Below the pieces are notes generated by a model that searched no databases, was not told where the DNA came from, and was given only the letters and a program-made list of their open reading frames with translations. From the NCBI GenBank assembly GCA_963663165.1, contig OY760175.1:1984001-2048000 (forward strand): DNA of 64,000 bases. The letters are read 5' to 3'. The stretch comes from an uncultured Desulfospira sp. (lineage in GTDB: Bacteria; Desulfobacterota; Desulfobacteria; Desulfobacterales; Desulfobacteraceae). Positions 37,171 to 46,823 of the stretch are shown here, in pieces. The first letter of the stretch is position 1, and every line of letters starts with the position of its first letter. Both the position numbers and the translations under genes were made by a program.

Positions 37171-39048
37171 ATGGGGCATTTACAGGAATTTGAACTGGCA
37201 CTGCATCAGATCAGTGAGTTCCCTTTAACATACGAAACCATTATCCCGGAAGAATGCCACCTGTTTCAGGATGTCCGGCGGTACCAGACCCGGACCGCCC
37301 GGCTGAACGTCCAGATGATCAATATCGACGGCCGGATCACCCTGGATTCTGAAATGATCCACGTGCCCATGGCCAAGCTGACATCAGCGGAAAAAAAAGA
37401 CTTTACCGAATACCTTAAATTAAGAATCACCAGGGGCGACAATATCGGCTCCACATGGGCCTTTTTCAGGCCGGCCGGCAAACAGAGTTCCCAAAAAGCC
37501 CTGACCGCCTTCGGGGCCAATATTGTCCACAGGGATGCGGCCCAGGGGCAGGACCGGGCCAGGCAGTTGCTATCAGCCCTTCAGAAAAGCACCACCATGG
37601 CCTTGCTCACAAAACAGTACCTGAAAGTCTTGCTTTTTGCCGCATTGATCGCAGCCCTTTTGTTTGGGGGATTCAAGTATGGGTACCTGGCCAAAAGGCT
37701 GCCCTTTTCCAATTTCTCTTCCAATACCCACCCCAGGGAAATGGCATTTTACCAACACCTGTTTCCCCATGTGTATGACTGGCGCAATGGCGATGACCCG
37801 GCCTTGAAAAAAATTGCCAAAGATCTGCTCAAACCCGAGTTTATTACCGATCTGTTATCCTCCATGGACCAAAGCTTTCATTATTCCATCCATACCGAAG
37901 ACCGGAACCCGGGAGACCGGCTGGTCATGTTTATTTATTTTAATTACAACCATGAGGTAAAAAAGGCCCTTGATAAATACTCGGAAAGCCTGGAAGGCAC
38001 CGAGTTAATGCGGCTTGCCCGGATCTATTCCTGCCGGCTGTCCGGCTATTTGAGCAATATTTTTTATTTCAAGGTCGGGGACCTGGACATCCAGAATGCG
38101 GAAATCAGTAATTTTTTGAAAAAAAATAAAATCTCATACCGGGACTATGAAAAACTCAGGGATACGGATTCCTTTTCCGATCTTCTGGAAAAGGACAACA
38201 TCAGTTTTAAGATGAAAAATTTTCTTGAGGATGTGTATACCTTTACCCCGTTGCGGATTAAGGCCCCGGTTGAGGGATTTGAGTGGTATCTGCTGACCCA
38301 GGCCGACCCCGGCGGCAACTTGGATTTTGCGGCATTTTTCCAAAACGACCGGGCCACCCTGGTGCCCAGAAGAATAGGAGATGCACTGCTCAACGGCTCA
38401 GCGGAAAATGATACTTTCTGGTATGCCGTATCAGATGCCCAGGCCCGGGAGTTAAACCTGGCCGAAAACAGCCTGATCTATTTTAGCAAAACAGCGGGAC
38501 AGGCCCTGAAGCTGGACCTGATCCAGGATAAAATTGCCGCCATGAATTTAAATGTCCTTCCCGCCCCTTTGCAGGTAACGGTCCACCGGGAACTTCTCAT
38601 GGAGGACAGCAAAGGCAAATACGGGATCCAGTGTTATGACCCGGTAACCAGCCTGGTCCTGTCCAACCTGATCACCAAATCCTCTTTTGAATATGACAAT
38701 ATCTCCTTAAAACGGGACCCCATCCAGGTGAACACCACCCTGGTTCAGCTGTCCAAGGATGACGGATTTTCCACCCAGTCCGTTACCATTACCCCTGGCA
38801 AAACCGGTATTATCAACCTGTTCAGGGACCGGGACAACTTTGAAGCCCGGTTTCCGGACGGGTCCACGGTGCTGTTTGAACGGGCCGATGTCAACCTGTT
38901 TAACCCGTTTTCATTTATCGTGCGCAACGACAGCATTACCTTTAGTTTTAAACGGGATATCACCGATATAAAGATCACCTTAAGAGATGCGCACCTTAAG
39001 GTCGTCACTGCCAGTGACGGAAACCTTCAGATCCTTCGAACCAATTAA
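37171..39048 (+). CDS. Hypothetical single-pass membrane protein (first gene of the triad)
   Basis: 625 aa; one TM helix (VLLFAALIAALLFGGF) near residue 155; AAGGAG SD. Confidence 0.75.
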   Translation: MGHLQEFELALHQISEFPLTYETIIPEECHLFQDVRRYQTRTARLNVQMINIDGRITLDSEMIHVPMAKLTSAEKKDFTEYLKLRITRGDNIGSTWAFFRPAGKQSSQKALTAFGANIVHRDAAQGQDRARQLLSALQKSTTMALLTKQYLKVLLFAALIAALLFGGFKYGYLAKRLPFSNFSSNTHPREMAFYQHLFPHVYDWRNGDDPALKKIAKDLLKPEFITDLLSSMDQSFHYSIHTEDRNPGDRLVMFIYFNYNHEVKKALDKYSESLEGTELMRLARIYSCRLSGYLSNIFYFKVGDLDIQNAEISNFLKKNKISYRDYEKLRDTDSFSDLLEKDNISFKMKNFLEDVYTFTPLRIKAPVEGFEWYLLTQADPGGNLDFAAFFQNDRATLVPRRIGDALLNGSAENDTFWYAVSDAQARELNLAENSLIYFSKTAGQALKLDLIQDKIAAMNLNVLPAPLQVTVHRELLMEDSKGKYGIQCYDPVTSLVLSNLITKSSFEYDNISLKRDPIQVNTTLVQLSKDDGFSTQSVTITPGKTGIINLFRDRDNFEARFPDGSTVLFERADVNLFNPFSFIVRNDSITFSFKRDITDIKITLRDAHLKVVTASDGNLQILRTN

Positions 39049-39085
39049 AAGGAAGGGCCGCCAAAGGCCGAAAGTTTGACCCCAT

Positions 39086-40567
39086 ATGAATATCAGTCCA
39101 GAACGCATCACTGCCTTAACCCAGGAAGTAGAGTCCATTATTCGGCAGATCAACCTTTTGCCGGCGGCAAGCACCAAGATCACCGGGCAGATCCTTGACC
39201 GGTGCCGGGACTGCCTTGAACAGGCACCGGCCACCGATACCCCGGTCTATATCCATATCACCGGCACGGATAAATCCTTTAAAACCAGTTACCTGCTGGA
39301 CCTGTTTGACCATGAGGTGTTACGGGGCCTGTTTTCGGTTAAAGTGAGGACCACATCGGAAAACACGGCGGTTCCCTGCATGATCAAACCGGTTGACGGG
39401 ATCAGCAGCGTAATGGTCAGCCAGGTGTCCATCAGCACGGGCCGGACCATAAGGAACAACCTGACCCAGGAGCAGTTCAACCGACTTTATGACCTGGCGT
39501 CAGGGGCCCAGCCCGACGATTATCTCATTGTCATTGAGGTGCCGGCCCATGAGACGCCCATGGAACTTGCCGCCATTGAATACCCGGGAATCAAACAGGG
39601 CGCCGATTCCATGGAAGCCCAGAAACTGCTTCATAAAAAATTTGAAGAAAACATGATGACCTGCCTGGTCAAGTACCCGGGGATCCTGGTGGCCTGTTTC
39701 CAGCATAAGGTGGCCATTCCCAAGGGCCACCCCATGGACGCCATCCTTAAAAAATACGGACAGACTTTGAAAACCTCGGCCTCCCACCACAAGCTGCCCC
39801 TGGTCCTGTCCCTCCAGGGGGAAACCGCCGTGGCCAGCTATTGCGGGAATACCAACGTGGTAAAGGACATTCAGAGCGATTTTAAAAGCTTTACCGACTT
39901 TGATTCCATGATCCAGCTGATCAACCCCTGCCACCAGGAATACCCGGCCAGCTTTATCCCGCCCGGCCCCCATGTGGATGAATGGATTGAATCCCTGTCC
40001 CGGTACAAAACCTTAAATGAAATCAAAGAACAGATCCGGTTAGACGGCGGTATTGCCTGGTCCAGGCAGCTGCTCAAGGAGCTTTGCACCACCTCCTATA
40101 TCAAGGAAGCCTTGAACAACATCTTTTTCAAACCCTGGATTATAGAAACTCAAAATCTGGTGGAAGAAGCTGCCAATTGCCTTCACGAAGCCACCAACTA
40201 TGATGAATCCGCCGAAATCAAAGAACGGATGAGACAGGTGATTCTCGATGACGAGTATTTAACGTTGCGCCGGATCTTTGACGAGGAACTAAGCTATACC
40301 CATGAGAACACCATAGACGACCATCAAGGGTTCTGGACAGGGGTTTTTTCAAACTATCTGGACCAGTTTTTCCGGGATACCGACCGGAGCAAAGCCATTG
40401 CCGGCATCATGTGGGACAATATCTTAAAACGGATTGACCCGGAGCAAAAAGGGTTTTTCGGAGCCCGGGAAAAGGATTTGCCCTATATCATTATGAACAT
40501 GGCCGAATTCTATGTTCCCAACGCCCTGATGAGGGGAGACTATCTTCTCATGGAAAAAGATCTTTAA
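39086..40567 (+). CDS. Degenerate dynamin-like / SrfC-like P-loop protein
   Basis: HITGTDKSFKTSYL (G1-like), SENTAVP (G2-like), AAIEYPG (G3-like), helical C-terminus. Confidence 0.55.
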   Translation: MNISPERITALTQEVESIIRQINLLPAASTKITGQILDRCRDCLEQAPATDTPVYIHITGTDKSFKTSYLLDLFDHEVLRGLFSVKVRTTSENTAVPCMIKPVDGISSVMVSQVSISTGRTIRNNLTQEQFNRLYDLASGAQPDDYLIVIEVPAHETPMELAAIEYPGIKQGADSMEAQKLLHKKFEENMMTCLVKYPGILVACFQHKVAIPKGHPMDAILKKYGQTLKTSASHHKLPLVLSLQGETAVASYCGNTNVVKDIQSDFKSFTDFDSMIQLINPCHQEYPASFIPPGPHVDEWIESLSRYKTLNEIKEQIRLDGGIAWSRQLLKELCTTSYIKEALNNIFFKPWIIETQNLVEEAANCLHEATNYDESAEIKERMRQVILDDEYLTLRRIFDEELSYTHENTIDDHQGFWTGVFSNYLDQFFRDTDRSKAIAGIMWDNILKRIDPEQKGFFGAREKDLPYIIMNMAEFYVPNALMRGDYLLMEKDL

Positions 40568-40578
40568 GGAGAAAGACC

Positions 40579-42330
40579 ATGCTGTTTGATTTTTTCAAAC
40601 GGAAAAAAACACCGGTGGATGAATTCCAGCTTGCCCTGGAAGATGATGATAAACTTTACTATGAAACCATTGCCGGAAGAACCCCGAGAGACCCCAATAA
40701 CAAAGAAGAGTATATCCTTTTTATCGATTTTGGTTCCTATAGAACGTCGGTCCTGTGCTGGCCGTGCAGTTTCGGCCGGGATAAAATCACCGATTCCTGG
40801 AAGTACGTGGTCCACTTTGACGGTGATGACCAGGGGGGATTCCCTTCCGCCTTTATCAACCCCCCGTCAGGGGACGAACGGGACTTTGCCTTTGTCTCCA
40901 GTGTGGAAGAGGCCAACATCAGCCCAAGCCAGGTGGTTAGAAGCGCCAAATACGCCTTTGCCAGTAAATTTGCCGCATACAAAGGGGACGTCCCCCAGTT
41001 CAAGCTGTACATTAAAAAAATTCTGGAACACAGTTTCAAATATGTGACAGAGCCTAAAGAAGACCGGCCCTGGAACGGCCCCGCCATCCCCATTATCACC
41101 GAAGTCAGGGTAACGGTGCCGGACCTTTTTATTGAAAACCTGCGGGCCGGGTACCGGGAAAATATCTTTGGCGTCTGCATGGAACTGGCCGGCCACGCCA
41201 AGTGGAAAAACATTTTTCCGTCCAACCTCCGGCATCTGAGAAAAACCTTTGTCAATATCTCCTCGGATGAAAGCGGGGCCTGCGAACTTTACTTTTTAAA
41301 CCTGATCAAACTCATGCCCTTCTGGGAGCTGTCCAGCTACAAGGACCGGCTGCCCGGTATTGACGAGGTTCACTTTTTGTTTTCCCAGGACCGCCACCGG
41401 AATCCGGATAAGGACCACTTGAATTTTGTGGTCTGCCACCTGGATATCGGGGGGCTGACCACAGATGTGAGCATGCTGCTGATTAAAAGCGTCTATGACC
41501 CGGTTCTGGGCATTACCACCACTTTGAAACGCAAAGAGTCCTTTTCCGAAAAAAAGGCCGGCGAGTATTTTGCTGAAAGCTTTGCCGCCGACAGGACCGC
41601 TGACAGCCCGGCCCACTGGTGGGATTCTCAGGACTTCATTGACACGGAATTTGCCAAATTCTTGGGCATGCTCACCGGCAAACAGGCCGTGCTGCTCAAA
41701 GAGTGGCACCGGGAAAGAAAGCTTAACGGCATTTACTTTCTGATCTCCGGCCGGCCCACCAAGGCCCCCCTGGTCCAGAAAGCCATCCGCCGGCATATCT
41801 TAAGGGAATTTAACCGGGAAGAATTGCTGTTACTGCCCGAGCACTGCCTGTTCATGGCCGACTACTATCATGTGGGCAAAAACGAAGAAGGGGAGCGGTA
41901 CGCCAAGAAGATAGAACATTTTGAAAAGCTGATCACCTTGCTGGGCAATGTCTACACCCTGTATGACGGGTATGACATTGACTTTGAAAACCACAAGTAT
42001 TTCATCTCCCTGGATGTGGATGCACGGACCAGCAACCAGATGGAGGTTTCTCCAGGCAAGATATACAACATGGAGACCTTTGAGACCTACAAAAAGGCGG
42101 CCCTTAAAAACAACGTCAATCACCTGGCCTTTACCCGGATCCTTGGCGGGGAACATACCACCCGGTTTTTGACGGTCAAGACCATTGCCCGGCAGACGGC
42201 GTTTCCGGCCATTAAAGTGGCCACGGCGGCGGACTATGATGACCAGGCATGGATTACGCCGTCTTTGATTATTACCAACCTGGATCAGAATGAGCAGGCA
42301 TTTGACCTGGCATGGGCCACCCTAACCTAG
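40579..42330 (+). CDS. Hsp70/actin-fold ATPase, SrfB-like
   Basis: FIDFGSYRT (phosphate 1), VRVTVP, SDESGA, HLDIGGLTTDVS (phosphate 2), LISGRPTK (adenosine). Confidence 0.7.
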   Translation: MLFDFFKRKKTPVDEFQLALEDDDKLYYETIAGRTPRDPNNKEEYILFIDFGSYRTSVLCWPCSFGRDKITDSWKYVVHFDGDDQGGFPSAFINPPSGDERDFAFVSSVEEANISPSQVVRSAKYAFASKFAAYKGDVPQFKLYIKKILEHSFKYVTEPKEDRPWNGPAIPIITEVRVTVPDLFIENLRAGYRENIFGVCMELAGHAKWKNIFPSNLRHLRKTFVNISSDESGACELYFLNLIKLMPFWELSSYKDRLPGIDEVHFLFSQDRHRNPDKDHLNFVVCHLDIGGLTTDVSMLLIKSVYDPVLGITTTLKRKESFSEKKAGEYFAESFAADRTADSPAHWWDSQDFIDTEFAKFLGMLTGKQAVLLKEWHRERKLNGIYFLISGRPTKAPLVQKAIRRHILREFNREELLLLPEHCLFMADYYHVGKNEEGERYAKKIEHFEKLITLLGNVYTLYDGYDIDFENHKYFISLDVDARTSNQMEVSPGKIYNMETFETYKKAALKNNVNHLAFTRILGGEHTTRFLTVKTIARQTAFPAIKVATAADYDDQAWITPSLIITNLDQNEQAFDLAWATLT

Positions 42331-42542
42331 TTTGAGCGAAACTTCACCCATCTGCGGCGTTGCTTCAAAAATCTGCAATCCTCACAACCAAAAGGTTGCT
42401 CCGGTTGCAGATTTTCTTGCGCCTTGCATATGGGCAAACTTTCACTCAAACACGAACCAGACGAAACTTCACCCATCTGCGGCGTTGCTGCAGGATTTTA
42501 AGATCTTAACGTATGACAAATACGCTCCGGTCTCAAAATCCT
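42331..42542 (+). repeat. Tandem long imperfect-palindrome elements (MITE-like); second copy truncated
   Basis: CGAAACTTCACCCATCTGCGGCGTTGCT occurs at 42337 and 42462; the first copy folds into a hairpin of about 120 nt. Confidence 0.7.
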
Positions 42543-42586
42543 CCGGGTGCAAGCCCCTGTCGGTTCAATTCCAACCTTCGGCACCA
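42532..42586 (+). mobile_element. 3' fragment of tRNA-Leu(CAA), probable att-site remnant
   Basis: CT-CAA-AATCC, long variable arm GGGTGCAAGCCC, GTCGGTTCAATTCCAAC, CTTCGGC-ACCA; no D-arm or 5' acceptor strand; followed by a terminator-like hairpin. Confidence 0.7.
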
Positions 42587-43133
42587 CGAATATCAAGGCT
42601 TTCAGCGTTTCAGCGGGAAGCCTTTTTTATATGAAAGTCTCACTAACATCTTGAGAAAACTTTCATTATTCGTTGTGGGCGGTTCTTGGTTGGATAACCA
42701 AGGCGGCCCGTGGCCGTTATTTGAAATTTTGAGGGCTAACAAAAAGGTTGTGCCCCGGTAATTTCCAAAATCATCCTTTTCCTTTTATGGGTTTGGTGCC
42801 CCATAACTATTAATAACAGTCCGGGCTTTGAATCCATCATTGGAGGGATTCCGTTTTTGACATTGTCTGCGGTGTGCCCCCTCCACAATGCTTCTGTTAT
42901 TGGACTCTGTTTTGAAATAGGCCGGGGCGGGCTTAAATAGACAGGTTGTAGGGTTTCCAATTCCTCAAAAGTTCAGGAAATTAACGTGAAAATCTGCGGT
43001 ATATCCGTCAGCATTTTTTTGTTTTGGCTATTTATACTTTTTGTTCTCTGATATTTTAATTTGACGCGCATCCTAAAAAGCATTATAAATAGTACTATAA
43101 AAAGTTTTTGCAAAATGAAAATAGGAGGTTTTC

Positions 43134-43385
43134 ATGAATACTATAACGGCAAACCAACTAAAAACAAAGGGAGTCTCTGTAATTCAAAACAATCTCTTGC
43201 AGAATCAGGAATTGGTAATCACAGTTCGTGGTAAAGAAAAATTTGTTGTAATGAATATGGAACATTATAATTATCTACGAGAATGTGAATTAGATGCTGC
43301 TCTTCACCAGGCAAAATCTGATTATGAATCTGGAAGCTATATAACCGAAGATGTAGAAGCCCATATCAAAAGAATTACACAGTGA
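43134..43385 (+). CDS. Phd/YefM-family antitoxin
   Basis: MNTITANQLKTKG..VITVRGKEKFVV; overlaps the toxin start. Confidence 0.85.
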   Translation: MNTITANQLKTKGVSVIQNNLLQNQELVITVRGKEKFVVMNMEHYNYLRECELDAALHQAKSDYESGSYITEDVEAHIKRITQ

Positions 43386-43657
43386 CTTATACCCTCATCT
43401 ATACAAATAGTTATATTAAAAGGGCTTCTAAATTTGTCAAAAAGCACCCTGATTTAGTGTCTCAATATGAAAAAACACTGAAACTGCTGGAAATTGATCC
43501 AACTCATCCTTCATTAAGACTCCATCCATTGAAAGGGAAATTGAAAGAATTGCATTCCGTATCCATTAATATTTCTTATAGAATTACCCTTGAATTTATT
43601 CTTGTTAACAAAGAAATCATCCTGGTGAATGTTGGGCATCATGATGAAGTGTACTAA
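43382..43657 (+). CDS. RelE/YafQ-superfamily mRNA interferase toxin
   Basis: HPSLRLHPLKGKLKELHSVSINISYRI..VGHHDEVY. Confidence 0.85.
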   Translation: MTYTLIYTNSYIKRASKFVKKHPDLVSQYEKTLKLLEIDPTHPSLRLHPLKGKLKELHSVSINISYRITLEFILVNKEIILVNVGHHDEVY

Positions 43658-43987
43658 AGTCAATTGTCACTTTCCAATTTTTGGCAAATGCTTCCTATAA
43701 GCCCTATTTCTGGGTCAACATGGGACCGCTAAGAGCTGATTTTAAGGATTTTTTGGGAATTTTATCATTTAAAAACAAAAGGTTGTAAGTTTTTGCTTGG
43801 TCTGACCCCTTTTTCCGGTCTCCTTTTCTCCGGTTTCCGTTTTTTACATTCACAAACAATATCCAAATATCATACCGGATTATGATGTGGTTACCCTACC
43901 CCGGAAATCAAAATGTGTTGACAAATGATACACATAGCCATATACTTTTTTCCATCATTTTTATGACCTTTCAGGGGAGTTGATTAT

Positions 43988-44278
43988 ATGGAAAATGCTC
44001 ACCAAACAACGGCCCGCCGGACATCCGCCATTCATATTCGGGCGTTTCCTGCCCAGAGGGAACTAATAAAGCAGGCCTGTGGCGAACTTAACAAAAAAAT
44101 GACTGATTTCATCCTTGAGGCTGCCTGCCGTGAAGCGGAATCTGTCCTGTGTGACCGCCGATATTTCTCATTGAGCCCTGAAAGCTTTGACGCATTCGAG
44201 AATGCGTTAAATACCCCCTTAAGTGAAAACCAGACGGTAAAGCATCTCCTGGCCACCCCCTCTCCATGGGAAAAATAA
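43988..44278 (+). CDS. DUF1778 RHH antitoxin (TacA/AtaR-like)
   Basis: IHIRA..QRELIKQA..MTDFILEAACREAE..SPWEK. Confidence 0.88.
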   Translation: MENAHQTTARRTSAIHIRAFPAQRELIKQACGELNKKMTDFILEAACREAESVLCDRRYFSLSPESFDAFENALNTPLSENQTVKHLLATPSPWEK

Positions 44279-44739
44279 CGCCACCGGCCCCCATCAAAAA
44301 AGAGCATCAAACCCAGGGGTTTGACTGCGCCATTATTTCACTCAATGAATGGCTGGTCCGGCGGGCAATGAAGAACGAATATTCAGGGGCTTCCCGGACA
44401 TATGTTGTTTGCAATGAACGCCGGGTGGTGGGATATTATGCCCTGGCGGCCGGCAGCGTTACCAGAGCTGATGTTCCTGGAAAAATAAAAAGGAATATGC
44501 CCGAGCCGATTCCGGTACTGGTTCTTGGCCGTTTGGCTGTGGATTACCGGTATCATGGGAAAGGCATCGGACAGGGGCTGCTCAAAGATGCCGTTGCAAG
44601 GGCTATTAATGTTTCACTGCAAATTGGCACCAAAGCATTTCTGGTACATGCATTGAACACGAATGCCGAACTTTTTTATTTAAAACATGGCTTCATAAAG
44701 GGGCCGGTGTTGAATACCTTGTTTTTACCCCTCGGATAA
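44266..44739 (+). CDS. GNAT toxin (TacT/AtaT-like)
   Basis: FDC..LNEWL, GYYAL, RNMPEPIPVLVLGRLAVD..GKGIGQGLL, FYLKHGF. Confidence 0.9.
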   Translation: MGKITPPAPIKKEHQTQGFDCAIISLNEWLVRRAMKNEYSGASRTYVVCNERRVVGYYALAAGSVTRADVPGKIKRNMPEPIPVLVLGRLAVDYRYHGKGIGQGLLKDAVARAINVSLQIGTKAFLVHALNTNAELFYLKHGFIKGPVLNTLFLPLG

Positions 44740-44773
44740 AAGTAGAATAAATAGGTCCGGCGTCCCCGGCGTA

Positions 44774-44837
44774 AATTCCGTAATTCCGTAATTCCGGGGA
44801 CACCTTACTTAATTATTTGGAATTAAGTAAGGTGTCC
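44774..44837. repeat. 8-bp tandem repeat plus 17-bp perfect inverted repeat
   Basis: AATTCCG(T) x3, then GGACACCTTACTTAATT-N6-AATTAAGTAAGGTGTCC. Confidence 0.75.
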
Positions 44838-45391
44838 GTAAGCCGTAACGACTGTGGTTCTATCAGGTTTAAGTCCGGCAGGAGGAATTGTCCGTACGCC
44901 TTCTTAGCCCTTTTTACCCCCAAAAACATATAATTAAGACCCAATATGCTTATAATTTTCATGGTTTTTGCCTGTTTTCCGATGGGGTGACTTGTCCCGA
45001 CCCCAACACAAAAACAACACAAAAAATTGGAAACCCGGGGGAAACCCAAAAAACAATTCGAAATAATATAACCTTGCTGCTTCAAGGGACGGCAAAAGGC
45101 CCGCCGCCCCCGAGCAGCCCGTGAAAATAATAAAAAATCAAAATTTTTGAGGAATAGCATAGCGACAGACTATTTATGAACTCCCAGGTTTTTTTTGAGG
45201 GGGTGTTGACTTCTTTGGGTTTTGATTGATGATCTGAATATAAGATGTGCATAGATCAGGAAGTTTGCCCTTTCTATTCCTCCACATTTTTCAGCTTTCC
45301 CCAGATGCTTTTTTAGTTGTGGCTACCTTTCCAAATAATATTTAATGTTGTATAGTTATTTTGATTATTTCATTTAAAGGGAATTTAAAGC

Positions 45392-45652
45392 ATGACTGAA
45401 ATAAAAAAAAATGTCAGTTTTTCATTGGGTGCGCGAGACCGTGCCTTTATTGAAAGCCAGGTGGAACATGGTCGTTTTGGTAATAGAACAGAAGTCGTAC
45501 GGGCAGGGTTGCGTCTTTTGGAAGACTATGAGTATAGACAAAGGTTACAGCGTTTACGGGCTGAAATTGCAACAGGCGATGCAGACATAAAAGCCGGGCG
45601 GGTAACTGAATATGACAGCGCAACATCTCTATTCAATGACATCATGGCTTAA
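45392..45652 (+). CDS. ParD-family RHH antitoxin
   Basis: SFSLG..FIESQVEHGRFGNRTEVVRAGLRLLE..LRAEIATG. Confidence 0.9.
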   Translation: MTEIKKNVSFSLGARDRAFIESQVEHGRFGNRTEVVRAGLRLLEDYEYRQRLQRLRAEIATGDADIKAGRVTEYDSATSLFNDIMA

Positions 45653-45664
45653 AATAAGGCAGGT

Positions 45665-45969
45665 ATGACATCAAATCCTTTAGTTTAATCCTGACTGATC
45701 AGGCGGTAGCAGATTTTAAGGATATTCGAGACTTTATTGCTCGGGAAAATCCAAGCGCAGCAGCATCATTTATTAAGGATCTTACGGATAAGTTAAAAGA
45801 CCTTTCAGATAAGGGGGCTACCGGCTCACCAAGGGACTGGGTAAGCACAGGATTAAGGGGATTTCCTTACAACGGGCATTGTTTTTATTTCCGAATTATC
45901 AAAGGCAAAATGATTGTGGTCCGGATACTTCATGGGAAACAGGATGTCACGACACAATCCTTCTTCTAA
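45665..45969 (+). pseudogene. ParE/RelE toxin with a 1-bp deletion just after the start codon
   Basis: Manual translation FSLILTDQAVADFKDIRDFIARENPSAAASF...VVRILHGKQD..SFF*. The SD-preceded ATG at 45665 is out of frame (305 nt total). Missed by the ORF track. Confidence 0.8.
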
Positions 45970-46156
45970 ACTGGAAATCCGTAAAGGTCATAAGAGCCCG
46001 GGCGAATATTAAATAAATGCAAAATTTTTGCCTGATGTTTCCAAGGTTTTCTTGGGGTAAGTCAACAATCCTATCAATAAAATGAGAAATTCAGGCCTTT
46101 TTTGCGGATTTTGCCTGTCATTAAAATATATTAAGGATGCCCAAAGCCTGCTCTTT

Positions 46157-46495
46157 TCAATCGAGTTTTGCGATACTCCCGACGGCGAAGGTTGCGCATT
46201 GAAGGGCAATACTTTTTTTCTTTACCCAAAGCCTGACCATGGAAACAGATTCCCCTTCCATGTTGGCAATACTGGGCTGCTCTTCTATGTACAAAATGTC
46301 TTTAATATTAAATTCATAGTAAAACGTATGTTCGCTGAACGGATCTGCAACCAGGATTACCCTGTTTTTTTCATGGGGATGCTTTTTGGGAGAGCCGTAA
46401 AACGAACAGCAGTTTTTTTTATCAAAATCCGGGTTTCTGACATACTTTTGCAATTCAAGGCTGTCTTTGAGCTTAATAAATTTGTCAGTTGTCAT
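46157..46495 (-). CDS. Conserved hypothetical protein
   Basis: AAGGAG SD; FYGSPKKHP..ILVADPF..YYEF; function not assignable. Confidence 0.7.
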   Translation of the reverse strand: MTTDKFIKLKDSLELQKYVRNPDFDKKNCCSFYGSPKKHPHEKNRVILVADPFSEHTFYYEFNIKDILYIEEQPSIANMEGESVSMVRLWVKKKSIALQCATFAVGSIAKLD

Positions 46496-46823
46496 ACAAA
46501 GCGCTCCTTGATTAAAATCCAATTAGATAAATTGATTTTACACCAAAATTTAAACCGATTTTACCCAAAATAAAATCATATCCCGCCATGTCAAGAGGAG
46601 CCTGCATAGTCTTGACATGGCCGCTGACGTCAAACATTTAACAAATACAAAAAAACGGTTACGATAGGATAAAAACGGCATACACAACCCCATTCCTCCG
46701 GGGCAGTTACCGCTTTTGAGATCAAAAAAAACGATCAGGAAGGGAAACATTCCCCCGGGTTGTGGTCCATCCTTACCGGGGGAATGCCTTCAATCAAAAT
46801 ATTATAATGTCAGTGATCTTTTG

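Noticed and set aside
42532..42586. Functional tRNA-Leu gene
   Set aside because: The 5' acceptor strand and D-arm are absent and the T-stem has a mismatch; kept only as a fragment.
42332..42960. ORFs 42332-42634, 42513-42761 and 42736-42960
   Set aside because: They overlap repeat, tRNA-fragment and AT-rich spacer DNA; no SD or recognisable motifs.
42600..46000. Integron cassette array carrying the TA modules
   Set aside because: No convincing attC sites (RYYYAAC...GTTRRRY with internal boxes) and no integrase seen.
46157..46495. Enzymatic assignment (e.g. pyrophosphatase) for this small protein
   Set aside because: No catalytic motif recognisable; left as hypothetical.
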